Origin: Eledone cirrhosa | Lineage: Eukaryota | DNA length: 64,000 nt | Assembly (NCBI GenBank): GCA_964016885.1 | Contig: OZ024749.1 | Span: forward strand, 40,858,001 to 40,922,000 | Reading direction: 5' to 3' | The notes under the pieces: generated by a model | Database searches by the model: none | What the model was told of the DNA's origin: nothing | Seen by the model: only the letters and a program-made list of their open reading frames with translations | Program-made: the position numbers and the translations under genes | Shown: piece after piece, positions 1 through 30,388 of the stretch | Layout of the letters: every line of letters starts with the position of its first letter | How positions within the stretch are numbered: position 1 is the stretch's first letter

Positions 1-573
1 TGGGACCACACCTGAAAGACAACAGAGGAAGTTTACTATAAAACTGCAGGCATTCAATTAAAGAACATTCTTTAAAACAAATAATAAATGGATCTTCTGT
101 TAGTTTCAACAATCAGTGTTCCAGTTATTTGACCAAATTTACTGCCCATGACCCTTTTCAGGGTCCCTGAGATAAGCAGGAGGGAGGAGGTGGCCCCCAA
201 GATGGAGATTTAACCCTAATACTTGCTGCAGAGAAAGTTTTCTGCTGAAGCCACCCAAGGGCTGTAGTTTAAAGGGTCATTGTGTCATGCTGAATCTCCT
301 TTAGAATTACGTAAAGGGTACACATGCCTGTGGAATACTCATCCACGTACACCTTCATTTCAAAAGTAGGTCATTCTGTTGATTGAACAACTGGAATAAT
401 TGTGAGTGGAATAATTGATAGAGATTAAATTAGAGATGACTTCAGTAAATGTTGATAACTTACACCAACTTAAAAGAACAGTTACAACAACCAACAACCA
501 TAATAACTACCACAACAATCACCACTGTCACAACAAAGAACGTGAAGTGTTTCAAATAAATAAGAGCACATAC

Positions 574-16154
<15,581 letters not shown>

Positions 16155-17739
16155 GTCTTCACCTGTAGAAAGGAATTTAAAAAAATGTTATAAAAACAAA
16201 ACAAGAGATAAAAATTTTTAACATAGAAAAGCCACAATTCCAAAACTTAACTGTTAACATCCTGTACCTCATCAAACCACATTAGCATCTTTATTTTATT
16301 ATCCCAGAAAGGAGAAAGAACGAAAGGTGAAATTGACCATGGTAGGATTTGAACTCAGAATGTAGAGCCAGAACAGCTACTTATTTATCCCATGCCCTAA
16401 CGACTCTGCAAATCTGCCATCCTCATTTCATTATAATAATAATGATTTCTAATTTAGACACAAGACCAGGAGATGTCGGAGGAGAAAGTCTATTATACCA
16501 ACCCCAGTATTTTACAGGTACTGTACACAAATTATTGTCTGATGCAATCATATTGTTGTTTTTTACATTACAGGAATATCTTGCTAATGTGATTTCATGT
16601 GGTACAGGACGTTAAGAGTTAACATACAAAAACCTGCAATAAATTATTTTATATATAATCATCAAACATATCAGTGAAGATGTGAGGGGCCTAGTAATTA
16701 GGGTGTTGGACCCACAGTCCTAAGGTAGTAGATCCAGGTCCTGGATTGGGTAGTATGTTGTGATCTTGAGCAAGACACTTCATTTCACATGTTAGGGCTG
16801 AAAATGAATGAAATTTACAGTTCAAGCCCATTGAAGTTTATTTAGCTGGCTTCCTACAATGTTGTATCTCATAGGAGGTTTTACTTTTACTAAATTCTTT
16901 AAAATTAATCAAAATATACAGGCATGTGTATCCCAGTGGATAACATGCATATCTCAATGTTTAAGAATAGGTATACTGTATTCCTGTGTGGAGTAAGAGG
17001 CAACTAAAAAGGTTGGGCATAATGGAATATATCTGGTCATAAAATACTGCTTTAATAAGTCCCATCCAACCCTCTATGGAAATGTAGACAAAAAAAAAAA
17101 AAAAAAAGAATAGATAAAAATATAAAGCTGATGCTTTGCTGGGGGTCTAATAAGGACAGAACATTTCTAGAGTTGTCTCCTGTGCCTGTCGAAATTAATA
17201 GTTCTGTCTTTCAAGATAATATAGGGACTACTACTACAATTATTGTCAGTAGATATGTCAAACACTAGAGCTTAATAACATGTAATAAGTTTTAAAAAGA
17301 TACCTCACAGGTTTGAACAAGTTTAACACATTCACAAGTTAAGAGTAGTCATCATCATTAAGAGAATGGGTTGGACAAGACCTTTTTGAGGCAGTTTTCT
17401 ATGGCCAGATGCCCTTCCTGATGTCAACCCGTACTTCCGTATTCCCAAGTATGGGGTAATACCCATCTATGAAACGTTTGTAACTGAGCCTAATCAATAA
17501 AGACCTCAATGTGAAACCTTGCTCGTTTTTAATATATACACTCTGCTATAGCATACAGTGCTAATGTTGGTACCTTCATTAGTAAACCACAAATCTACTG
17601 AATCACTTACACACACACACATATATATATATATATTATACCTACCACCCTTCATTACTACCATCATTTTAACCTTTGTTCTGCCAAGTTTGCATGGGTG
17701 GGCAGGTTTTCTCCAGCACTGACACATGTCAATCAGTGC

Positions 17740-18210
17740 TATCCTTTGTCATCTCCTTGGTATAACCTATGCTAGCATGGAAGAGGTGAACCTCAGTGAA
17801 GATGATTTGTGAGGCTCAGCATCCTGAGACCAGTCTTCTTCACTTCAACACGTGCCTTTGTCTTCTACAGATTCCATCTACTGTATATGCATTACATGTC
17901 TGCACCAGTGCAGTCTTCTTTATGCAAACAACACCTGATTCCTCTTCTGTTCAGTTTTTCTCTTAGTTCATATGTGTTCCCTCTTCTACAGGTTCCAAGA
18001 ACTCTAAGTATTCTGCACTTCTTTATATAGCCATACACACCACATCTGATTACTTTTATGTCTAGTTTCTCTTTCAGTTTACATGTACTCTATCTACTAC
18101 AGGTTCCATCTACTGTAATTCATATGTCATCCTCTATACACATGAAATGTCTGTACCAGTGCAGTATTCTCTCTAGCACACCTCATCTGATTCCTCTTAT
18201 ACAGTTTTCA
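17740..18210 (-). mobile_element. Degenerate RTE LINE C-terminal fragment, partly duplicated
   Basis: Minus frame LREKLNRRGIRCCL resembles LRNKLEIRGIRCCL in the 62.7-63.6 kb LINE. Confidence 0.55.
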
Positions 18211-19299
18211 TGACGTTATCAATCCTTAAACTCCAAATGAGATTTAAGATAGGTACACCATATCTCTGTGTATTGTATCAGGCTTAGAATAAGTGAACTG
18301 TATCCCTGCAGGACATAAAAGGTTTAGAAAAGGTACACTGTATCCCTGCATGACATAAGAGGTTTAGAAGAGGTATACTATCTATGTCCTGTCATGTCAT
18401 AAGAGGTGGTGACTAAAAGAGTTGGCACCAAGAAAGGCATCCAGCCACAAAATATTACCTAAAAAAGGGCCTCACGATGAATATGAAGGTCACCATTGGG
18501 CCTACAAAGCCATTGTTTCTGCTTTGGCAAAGAAAATGGCTTTATAATGTTTGTTGTTTGTTGCTGTTTTGAATTTGTTCTTTTAAGCCATGTGTATCTC
18601 TGCTTGGCTTTATTAATTGTGTGTGTGTGGTCAAGCATGTATGTCTGTGTGTTGTCAATCATGTGCATGTGTTAATGTGCTACTAATGCCAACATAAGGG
18701 CGTGTGTAGTGTGTAATTTCTAAGTTGTGTGTAAGCATGCACATATATATATTGTTTTATAAGCAGATGTGTGGTCAACTTTAGTTGGGTTTAATCTGAT
18801 TCTTGTATTAATTTAGTGGTGGATACTCTTCTCTTTACCAGAATGTACTGGGTGCATTTTATTGTTGTCTCTGCACTACACACACACACATATATATATA
18901 CACACACATACACACATAAAATGAAATCATTCATGTGTAAAATTTATGGCAACTAAAAATACCTGGAGATTAGACCAATCAGTTAAATGAAATTGTAAGT
19001 AAGAGAAAGTATTAATGAGGACTAACATAATGACTGCATTAAACCAATTATTACAGTTGTTAGTACTGATTAAGAAATTCCTACAGTTATTCTGGTTAAA
19101 AATGTTAAGATAACCTACATAAAAAAAAAAAAAGGTTTTAATCACATTCATTCAACTACAATGAGAACTAATTAATTAGATGGCAGGAAGGTGGAGAAGG
19201 AGAAAAAAATTAAAATTTTTAATTGAAACTAAATTAAAGAAAGGAGGAAAAGAGAAAAGCCGGTTGTTAGATCGGTCCAAGGAAACCTATGTTTCCATT

Positions 19300-19700
19300 C
19301 ATCTTTCTCATTACTGATACTATCTGCCGGGTCGTAACACCTGGTAGAATTGTCAATACTTTTCTTGTGTGAATATCAAGAGGCAAAATTTTAACCGAGA
19401 ACACAGTTTCCCATTACTGAAACTATCTACCAGTCATAACTTCTGGCAGAATTGTCATTGCCATTTTAGTGACAGGACAAAGAGTCTCTTATTGTTGAAA
19501 CTAAAATAAAATAAAATAGGAAAGGAAAAAAGTCCATCATTAGATCAGATCATGAAAACTAATGTTTCTAATAGTCTTTCCTATTACCGATACTATCTGC
19601 CGATCACAACGCCTGACAGAATTGTCACCACTTTTCCTGTGAGGTGGGCTTAGAAGGAGTATCCATTCTTGATACTATCTGCCAGTCACAACTCCAGTGA
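19300..19700. repeat. Degenerate spaced repeats (ttactgatactatctgcc...gtcacaac...cagaattgtca, about 4 copies)
   Basis: Copies near 19311, 19415, 19584 and 19668. Confidence 0.6.
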
Positions 19701-21464
19701 GTAAATAAGAGGTAGGATTTGAACTCAAAATGCAGAACCAGAACAGACACTGCAAAGCATCCAGTTTGGTGCTTTTAGCAAATTCTGCCAATCCAGCGCC
19801 CCTAGACAGGTACAACTTAATCGACCACTGAAAGGATGAAAGGTCAAGTTGAGCTTAGCTGGGAGTTGAACACAGAACATTGTAGAGACCCACATCAAAT
19901 ACTGTGATCACTAATAAATCTGCCAATTTGCCACCTAAATTCTTAATTTAAGCAAAAGGCCAGCATTGATTTTTTTGGAGGGAGAGTGTCAATTAAATCG
20001 ACACCCAGTACTTTATTTTATCAACCTCCAGAGAGATGAAAAGTAAAGTTGAATTCGATGGAATTTGAACTCAGAATGTAAAGAGCCAGAACAAATATTG
20101 CTCAGCATTTGACTAATGCTCAACATCATCATAGCCTTCCCTGCTAGCAAGGGCTGGACGGATTTTCACAGATTAAGTCAGTACTGAAGTGAGTCTACTG
20201 ACCTCCCAGACAGGCCAGGAGCCTGTATCTACAACTAAAATAATAAACATATATAAATAATAATAATAATAGGAGACAAACATTGTTAATGTAACAGTAG
20301 AGAAAGTGTGAGAAAAAGAATGGGGACAGACAAGAATCAGTGTTGAATTACTAAGAAGATTTATACTGAAAACTAGTTAAGAATGTAGTAGAGATAGACA
20401 GATAAACAGATAGATAGGTAGGTAGACAGATAGATAGCGGTCTGTGTCAGTTTTAGATCAAAAGCTCAATGAAAAAGGAAATCTGGCAGAAAAAAACTGC
20501 ACGCTATGAAGAAGAAGGGATAACTGCTTCCAGTAAAAGCCACTGGGGGCATCCACTAGAAACAGAAACTGACCTTGGTTTTTTTGAGGGCATCCTTCTG
20601 CTTTCCGATAGCCAAGAAACTGCTTAGGCATTACCAAATAAAGGAGGTCGTGACTTGTTTTTCGTGTGGAGACAGCTTGTGGGCGAATTAGGGAACTACA
20701 CTGAATGTATGGCCTATAAACAGCGAAACGAGGAAACAAAAAAGCTTAGAAGATGAAAATCTATGAAACGAAACAGAGGCGGTTCAATGTGACCAAAACG
20801 TCACAGGTTAAATGGCAAGTTTACAAGTGTGAGTGAGTGTATGTGTGTGTGTGTGTCTGTGAGAGGGCAAAACAGGAGGCACATGCAGTCAAGGGCCCAA
20901 ACTCGTTGGTTGGTTGGTTGGTTGGTTGGTGGTTGTGGTAGCCCACTACCACTGGTGTGGAGGTGACACTGTCAATCAATGATGCAGTGTAAAATAATGG
21001 AGCTTGTGAAACATCATGTACATTCAAAGTGTGGGCAAAATGTTAGACTTATGATCATTCTCAGATCAGGCAGCACATTGTGTTCTGAAACAAAAAATTA
21101 ATGAGTACCAGCAACAGCTGGGGGTAACCCCTGCAACAGATTAGCATTCAGTCCAGGGTGGGGTGTTTTCATGATAGGACTAGGTTCATTATCATTAAAA
21201 CACACAAGAAACCTCATGTACTTTCAAATTGAGGGCAAAGGTTGAACTCACGATCAAAATGTCGTGGATTCTCTTCATGGATCAGGTACCGTGTGTTCTT
21301 GAGTAAAACACCTCATTTCAAGTTGCTCCAGTCCACTCAGCTGAAAGAAAATGAGTTTCAGCAGCAGTAATTGGGACGGGTTGGAAGTTGTAACACTTGC
21401 AATGGACAGGCATCCAGTTCAAAGTGGATGGAATCCATTTCATGACAGAACTGCCCCACACCCA

Positions 21465-21970
21465 TATCATTAAAACACCTGAGATGTAGCCTTATAGGAG
21501 GCCATCTAAACCTATATAGGACTGGAGTCCCTATCATTAAAACACCTAAGAAACCTCCTACATGATGAAATTTCATAGAAGGCTAGCTAAACCTACATAG
21601 ATGAGCTATAACAACATGAGAGGACTGAAGCCCCTATCATTAAAACACCCAAGAAACTTCCAATGAGATACAACCTAGTAGAACACTGGCTAAACCTATA
21701 TAGGTGTGAGGTGTAACAACAATAAGATAAGACAGAGGGCCCTCTATTACTAAAACACCTATTGAGATACAATCTGGTAAGAAGCTTGCTAAACCTACAT
21801 AGATGTGTGGTGTAACAACATGATAGGAGGCTTGCTAAAACTATATAGATGTGTGGTGTAACAACATGATAGGACCAGATGGCCTATTAAAACACCTATT
21901 GGTTATCATTAAAACACCTATTTGAGATACAAACTGGTAGGAGGCCTGCTAAACCTACATAGCTGTAACA
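21465..21970 (+). repeat. Degenerate tandem array of a dispersed repeat (taaacctacataggtgtgagctgtaacaacatgataggac...cctatcattaaaacacc)
   Basis: Several subunits here; the same family occurs at 30660-30960 (reverse) and 46400-46640. Confidence 0.7.
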
Positions 21971-22775
21971 ACAAAAGAATGAGATAAATGATAGCATGGA
22001 GTTCAATGTATATATCCACTGAAAAAAAGCTTGGAGGACCCTATCACATCTGTAACTAAGGCAACACTATCCAGATAAAGTCTATTCTCACCAAACAATA
22101 ATTACTCACAGATACACACATATTTAACTAGTTATTAATAACTAAATAACTAGTCTGGATTGTGTAACCTCAATAGTAAAAGCCGAAAGTTGCCCAGGAA
22201 TAAAAAAAATTTTTTTTTTTACAATACTAAAATTCAAATACTAATATTCAAAATGTCATTCCTATAACCTTTCTTTCTTCAGTTATGGTTTAATAAACGT
22301 TAAGGTGATTTGCTAAGATCAATACTTAAAATACTGGAGAGAGAATACTAATCTATAAGTGAAAGACCATAAATCAAAATATATATATACATATATTACA
22401 TACAACACACATACAACAGTGGTATTGGTTTCAATTGTAAAAAATTCTTAACTATTACTAAAATAAATAAATAAAACAGCTTATACATTTTTAGTCATAC
22501 AGATCAGGTGTGTAGACAATAGACAGTCAAACAAAGTGTATAGAATATATACACCAGAAGGAGGAGAAAAATTAAATCGGAGATAGAGAATTTCACAACA
22601 ATTATATACAATTAAATGAAACTCATTCCATTAGGTCAATCTGAAATGAAATATATATGTGTTTTCTTCAAATGTATTGTTGAACTTCACTCTGAAGATG
22701 AAAATAACATTAAAAGAGGTAAGAAAAAATATGATAAAAACACTAGAGCAAACAATTGTTCTAAACATAATATAT

Positions 22776-23002
22776 ATAGGGTGTCCCAAAGAAATGTATA
22801 CACACACTGATTACCTGTACAGGCAATATTTATTAGAATGCACAACCTTTCCCAAAAATAAAATGATCTACAGACATAATTCAATTGTATGTAAACACTC
22901 AAAAATGTTTACATAATTTTAATAATGCATATAAAACAGAATTTATTAAATGAATTTTTTTGCTGTTGAAGTGTGTATACATTTTGGGGGGACGCCCTGT
23001 AT
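22776..23002. mobile_element. Tc1/mariner-type MITE
   Basis: TA-flanked inverted ends (t)agggtgtcccaaagaaatgtatacacac / gtgtgtatacattttggggggacgccctg-ta. Confidence 0.65.
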
Positions 23003-25238
23003 ATTATATAAACATAAATCTAGCTGTCAGTAGGACTACCTGTTGATAAGTACATTGAATCAATTTTCAATACTTGTGGTTGGCAAATTTTTTGGAAGTT
23101 GAAACTAGAATATTTTGGTCCAGGTGAAAAGAAATGAGAGGCTCTCAACTCTTTCTTTGTTAAACTGTTGGAATTCTTAAATTTCTTGGATCGTTATCTG
23201 CCTGTTTGTTCTATATGGGTGCTGCTTTCCTTTGAACGAATCACTATATGTTCTGAATCAAATTATCCATGCATGTGGTATCGCTGCTGTTGAGCAGTTA
23301 TATAGGAGGCAAAACTGAACATTTGTGTTGGCTTCTGTGCCTATGGCATCATCATCATTTAATGCGCATCTTCCTCATACACACACATATATTGTAAAGG
23401 TGCATGCTGTTAGAGTGGTGGATTCACAATTATGAGGTTGTGAGTTTGATTCCCAGACCAGGCAGTGCATTGTGTTCTTTATTTCACGCTCCACTCCACA
23501 CAGCTGGAGAAATGTGTTGTGCTATCACTGGTGCCAAGTTGATGGAAAACATTGATGGCATGGAGCGGAGAGACTGGTATGTATGGGTGACTGCTAGTCT
23601 TCCACCTTGTGCAAAGGCAAACTTTCTAGATGCAAAACCCTTGGTCATTCGTGATCAAAGAGGGTCTTTTTATCCTTACCTTTTATATATATACAGTCTT
23701 ACCCATACAAGCTCAGCACAAAATATTTTATAGCTGTTTGGTTAAGTTGAGAATGGCAATGCCCTTGATCCATCTCAGGCCCTCCGAGACTGGTGGGAGA
23801 GAGAGAGAGGAAGGTATCTTCGAACTTGGCCAAAATGTTTGCAACAGTGTAGACTTTGCTACAGGTAAACTGGGTGATAGATTAAGTTTGTCACCCAAGG
23901 TGGTGATGTTAAACCAGATGACAGTTAAGTCTGTTAACTAATGACCAGGTAATGGTAGTGTTAAACTGGGTGACAGATTAAGTCTAACACCACCCATGGG
24001 TAGTTTTGTTTGATAGAACCAGAGCTGAGTTGGTAACAAAAGCGTTCAATAGGAACCCTTTAAAAGTTTCATTGGAATCTCCATTTTCCAACATCAAAAG
24101 TTTTCTTTTATGTTCTTTTCTTACCTCATGGAGCACACAACAGCAGTGAAATTAGTTGGAAGGAATTATTAGAGGTTATCACCAAAATTGAGGCACACAA
24201 CAGTAGAGGAATTAGCTGGAGGGAATTATTACGTTATAGCCTGGAATGTAAACTCAAGTGAAGCCCAAAGACATAGTCTTCAACATCAAGACAATGCTAA
24301 GGATTATTAAAAAAAAAAAAAAAAATAGACATGTCTTTTGTTAAAGCCTCATCAATCAATTTGGTAGATTGTAACTGTATGAAGCTTGTCATGTATACAT
24401 ACATTGTTAAAGTATGTTCCAAATGCAGGGACTCATCAGGCCGGAATTTATCCTGGTTTCATTGGAGTTAAATGACTGAAAGAATAATACCTCTTCTCCA
24501 AACTGGGACTGGAGCAATGTGAAATAAAGTGTTTTATTAAAGAACACAATGTGCCACCCAGTCGAGGAATCAAACCCAGACCAACACTAGGCCATGAAAT
24601 ATATGTGTATGTATTTAATAATGAGAAAGTTAGTTATAGTATTAAATCCCTCCAAATTGTTCAGTGTTTTTCACTAAAAATATGAAAGTGTTTAACAATG
24701 TTGTTTCCTTGACAACAGCCAGCACTCACTCTAAAATAATAGTTTAGCTCACCTCCACCACCACCTTTTCTCTTTCTCTCTCATATTGTGTTGCAAGCAA
24801 CACGCACTCTAATTTTTCCTGACCATTGAGCGGAATGTTGGATGCTTTGAACAAAAATATTATTAATTCAAAACCTACAGCACGGCAACATTTCAAAACT
24901 GACGAGCTGCACCATTAGTGCAGAACCAATACAGCAACTGTTCAGCTGCATACCCACATAGCTTAGTGAGAATGTTGGTCGTGTGTGGAAATTTACAGTT
25001 CATACCTATGCAGGTGTAGCTGGCCCCTTACAAAGTTGCATCTCATAGGTAGTTTCCTGGGTGTTTTAAAGATAGGTGTCTCAATCTAATCATAGAAAGC
25101 AATATAAAATGAAGCATCTTGCTCATCAACATACAGTGCTGTCCAGGCCAGTAATCAAACCCACAATTGTATGACCATAAGTCCAACACCCTAACCGCTT
25201 GGTATGCAAGAAGATTGAGGATATCATTTGAACATTAA

Positions 25239-25458
25239 CCCATTAGCATTTAAACAGGCTGTATCCGGCCAGAATTCTCCCACCTCTTTCTGTTCAAACC
25301 GGCCATAACTGGCTGCTCATAGTGATGTTAAAGTGTTGTTCTCAAAATAAATAATATCAAAATCTCATAGATGCGATATTATGTGAGATAAAGCCTTTAC
25401 TGTGGAAAAAAAAAACAATAGTAAATATAGAGTAATGTGAATACTAATGATAAAGGTT
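25239..25458 (+). mobile_element. piggyBac-type MITE family A
   Basis: TTAA-CCCATTAGCATTTA start, conserved interior. Confidence 0.72.
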
Positions 25459-26207
25459 CCAAGCAACCACTATGTCAAACATTTTCTCCTTCTAACACTG
25501 CATGTAGAGCCTAGATCAATGGTTCCCTCAACTTATTTTGTTGTGGAACCCATACCTATGTTTTAATAATGAAACAAAAATTGTTCGAGAGAATTTATTG
25601 ACATCAATCATGTGTGTGTATATAATCATCATTTAACATGCCTTCCCTGTTAGTAAGGGTTGGACGGATCATCACAGAACAAGTCAACACTTCAGAGGAG
25701 CCAAAGACCTGCATCTTGCTTACATACTTTCCCATACTCTACTGAGTGTTCAATAAGCCTCTTTGGGTAAAATAGCATGTGAAACTGTTTTAACTTGGGT
25801 TGCTAGGTTCAGTTTCTGTGTAAATACCAAGTTACTATTGAGCACCTTTTAATACCAACCTGCCCACATTCAAAAGGTTCCTATTTCCTATTTAAATTAA
25901 AACCTTCAAACATACAGCTGGTGAACAATAGTCCTGAGAATGAGAATCGAAGTTCAGGAGTCCTTAAGTAAGGAAAGATGTAAGAGACATAATGAAGTTT
26001 ATGTGGCATCAATTATTTGGTCCAACTGCAGGTGATATATTTGACAATATTTTCAAGCAGTATTCAACTCCCTAATTTTCCATTTATATTTATTTCTTCA
26101 TATATATTACATGCGTGTATCCAAAGTAGAATAGGCACACTGTATCCCTGCAAGTCATAAAAGACGTTGGCACCAGTAGGGCACTCTGACCGTAAAACAT
26201 TGCCTCA

Positions 26208-26330
26208 GAAAAGACCCACCCACCATCATGAATACGAATCTATCTGGGGCCCCACAAAGCTAACCCTTCAAAAAGGACCCACCCACCATCATGAATACGA
26301 ATCTATCTGGCGCCCCACAGGGCTAACCCT
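26208..26330. repeat. Near-perfect tandem duplication of about 62 bp
   Basis: gacccacccaccatcatgaatacgaatctatctgg.gccccaca..gctaaccct twice. Confidence 0.85.
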
Positions 26331-29300
26331 CGTTATATTTTAGCTATATGAATAACAAATGTCTATTTTCCGGTGACCAGTGTTCAACAGTTGTGCCAAG
26401 TTTCCTCAGTGAAATAGAAAGGTTTACAGTGTTATTATATAAACAATATGCAAGAATATTTAGCTAGTAGATGCCAAGGACAACCACATTAGATTCTGTG
26501 GTGAAGGTCTTCCCTGTACACACACGCCTATGGCTGCTGTAGAATCAGTCAATTATTATTCACTGCTGGCTGGTCACATCAACACCGAATGTGCAGTGTG
26601 CAGGCGATATCATTAACAGGTAGTTGATGGAATGGAGTGGAAGAATTAGATAGCTTGCTTTCCTTGTCTTTGAGTGGAGTGAAGAGCAAAGTCACGTTTC
26701 CACATCTCGTATTAAATATCAACAGAGTGAGAGAGTGACGGGGGTCGTCAGTGAAGAACAGTAACATTTACAACAGCGAGAGAAACTCATACGGCTACGT
26801 AAGTAGGTGTAGTGGTGGAAGTGGCAGTAATAATAGTGGTGGCAGTGGTAGCGGTGATGAAGAGCAGAAGTTGTGTTGACGGTGGGGGTAGCAGTTGTGA
26901 TCATAGTAGTAGTAGTGAGAATAATAATGGTGGTGGTAGTAGTAATAGTACGATACCACCAGTAACAACATCCATCTTTGGAGCATAAATGTGTTGAATC
27001 ATATTGCTGTTTGAAGTACCAACACCATTACAAGACAGATTAAAGAGCAACAGGACGTTTTAAAACAAAAGGAAAGTCTTAATATATTAAACAATGTCTG
27101 TTTATTACAATTATTTTCTTTGTTACAACAAAACAACATCACATTTAGTTTAAGAGACATGTAAAGTAATCATATTACGACAGCATATAACACATACCAC
27201 ATATTTCAGTTAATATCAACCAACATACATTTAATTCCATCGTGTATATAAATATGTGTCATTTGTTGTTATTTTTTCTTCGAATTCTATAAGTTCCCTA
27301 TGTTTTCTGTAACATGCTCTGCATATATATATATATATATATCTATATAAATACACACACACACCGTAGTCTGTATATCCGGTGAATCGAACGAGATTTT
27401 TATTCGTTTCCTTATTCCGAACACTAATGTCAAAGACTCCCTAAACTACATCGCGTTTACGAAGTATATATATATATATATATAAATAATAAAGCCATAA
27501 TCAACTATCGGCCTCTGTATGACCGTCTTCTTTGCTAGAAATGACAGCTAAATCACATTCAAATCACTATATAATCCAATTCTAGATACACTATTACTTA
27601 TTAAGAAAAATTTGACAAAATGGCCACGATTATTAAAGCCTGTTCAAACAAGAGCCGACATGAGACTAAAAATAAAAAGCCCTATACATACATATATATA
27701 TATATACAGAGAGAGAAAGAAAGAGGGAGGGGACATTTTCGGCAAGATTAAATTCGACAAAAGCTGTACATATTCGTATATAAGTCGCACCTTTTTCCGC
27801 GATAGTGCGATGTGGAAAACCAACATGTTGTGACTTATCAAAACCTCAATTCAAAATACATGCTATTTGTACGTAAAGTGTAGGTGGGACTCTATATTTG
27901 AGGGGGGGGGGGGGGGTTCTTTCTCTCAAATTGTATGTGTGTGTGTGCGCATGAAGACTCGTGTTAATCTAAAGACTAATATAGTCGAGATAGACAGACA
28001 GAATGAGGGCAACACCAAAGAAAGAAAACGAGATGGAGGGAGGAACTATTTTTGGCATTTCACTTCAGACACTTGTGGTGGTAGCAGTTTGGTGGTGGTA
28101 CTAGTAGAAGAATAAGTGCAGTAGTTTAGTGGCGATGGTAGTGTGGTGGGAGTAACGGTGATTTTATGGCAAGTAATAGCAGTATTAGTAAGCAACAGCA
28201 TTATTGCAGAGGAGGTGGGTGGGTACCTGATTAAATCGGTAGCCAACAACACCTCATTAAAACATACTTCTCTATAGTAGTGGTATGAGGAGGAGAAGGA
28301 AGAGGAGAAAAATAGTGGTGGTGGTGGTAGTCACAGTAATAACATCTATGGTGTAGAAGGTATTGCTCAAGAGCTCCACACACACACACATCACTAGCTC
28401 TATATACACAAATCTCTATTAACATACTCCCTCTCTTTCCCCCCTATCAATCAATCTATCACTTTGACCACGACTACATACAAAACTGCCAACACATCGA
28501 AACGTTTTTATTTTATTTTTGAAAAACCTTTAAACAAAACACAAAAAAGGATATCGGAAATAGAAAAGAAAGCAATATGGAGTTTCGTTTGGTTGTGTCA
28601 AGTAATCATAATAATGTTTAAAAGAGGAAGATCGTTTGAGAAAGAAGGTAGTTATAACCTCTGCTACTACAGTTGAATGAGATGTCTGACTGGAGCAGAA
28701 AGAATATAATGTACTTTACGTGTCAAGTAAAGAACGAACGTCCCACCCCAAACACCAACAACAACACCTATGAAGAAGCCAGCCTCTACATGCTAGAAAG
28801 AACAGCTAAAATGTCCTTCAACCGTTTTTTTTTAATCGAAGGACCAAGCTGAAAAAGTCAAAACGCGATGGCCATAGCTGGAATATCTGTGATCATAAGC
28901 GTGTTCTATCAGAGTTCAACCTGCTTCTAGAAATAGCAGCCAAATCTGCTTCAAGGTCAAATCCGAAAAAGGATATGCGGAGGGTCATGGCTGGAATGTC
29001 TGCGATCACATGCGAGCTTGATCGGGGCTGTCCTAGGGCTAACCATCAACAATAACAACGACACCTATTTGTTAACCAAATTGCACACACGCATGGATGA
29101 TTAAGATAGCCATTTGTGGATTTAGATATACAGCTTCTGGTTTATTAATAGAGGAGACGGGACTTACCTACATCACACACACACAAGAGGTAACAAGGAC
29201 TGCGGGGTTACAACACCTCAATGTTCTTGTTTTACGTTCAAATCTTACATTTACTTTATTCGTCCCCAATATGGGAGGGATGGGCCCGATAAAACATGTT

Positions 29301-29822
29301 AGTGTCGAATAGTGTGATTACCTATCTACCACCACCTCTTTATATGTATATATGTGTCCCCGTAACTCAGAGATCGATAAAATAAGTGCCAGGTGTTTAA
29401 TTATGGAAACCAGTAAAAGAATAAAAAGAAACGTTTGTGTATTGATATTTAAAGACACGTCTGTGTTGAAGATTCATCTTTCAAAGAAAAGAAAAATAAT
29501 AAAACAAATCAAACTTGAACACAGGCGTGTCTTTATAATGTTTGAACGAAAATCTGTTCCTATACACACACACATACACATATATCCAGTATTGCTACTA
29601 ATATGATCTGTGTTTTATATATAAATCTATTTTCACATTAATGAAGCATTAACTATAAAAAATTATCAATTTGATTAATTCTATACGATAAAATCAATCG
29701 ATAAATACGTTTCTCCTCCTCCTCCTATTTCCCCCCTTTCTTGCACCATCAGGATGACGAATAACCCCGGTGACCTCCCTTACAAGAGCTCGCCAATGTG
29801 ATCGGTTTGGGGCTGTTCCAGG

Positions 29823-29865
<43 letters not shown>

Positions 29866-30356
29866 TTTTTAAAATCCAACGTCAATAAATACGCCAGGAT
29901 TTTTTCATTCTGATGATTGAAAGCAAAATTTTTTTGCTTTTAAGAAACCACTGGTAAATGAAATAATTGCCTTATGTTGTTTATTACATAACTATATATA
30001 TATATCGTAGATTCGACTCACGGACTAGGCGCCACGTCGTGTTCTTGAGAAAGACGCTTCATATCATGTTCCAATTCGTTGTAAAAATGCAGAACGTATC
30101 ACTAAAACATTCTTCGTAGAAAGAAAACCAGCTAAACCTGCACAGGTGTGAGCTGTACATTTCATTTGTATTTTAATACTGAAAGCTGTCAGTAAAAGAA
30201 TAGTGTGTGTATGTGAATGTATATATATATATACATATATATATATATCCGTGTAATGTTGACAGACGCGTTTTGTCTAATGAGCACACAGGGGAAATTC
30301 CAAAGTAACAAAACTCGTCACTTAGCCATAATAAAGAACGTTAATATATATATATA

Positions 30357-30388
<32 letters not shown>

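Noticed and set aside
29167-29320. Minus-strand frame ending RCCNPAVLVTSCVCVM-stop just before a GTAAGT donor
   Set aside because: No start codon or convincing in-phase acceptor; part of the Cys pattern derives from a (TG)n run.
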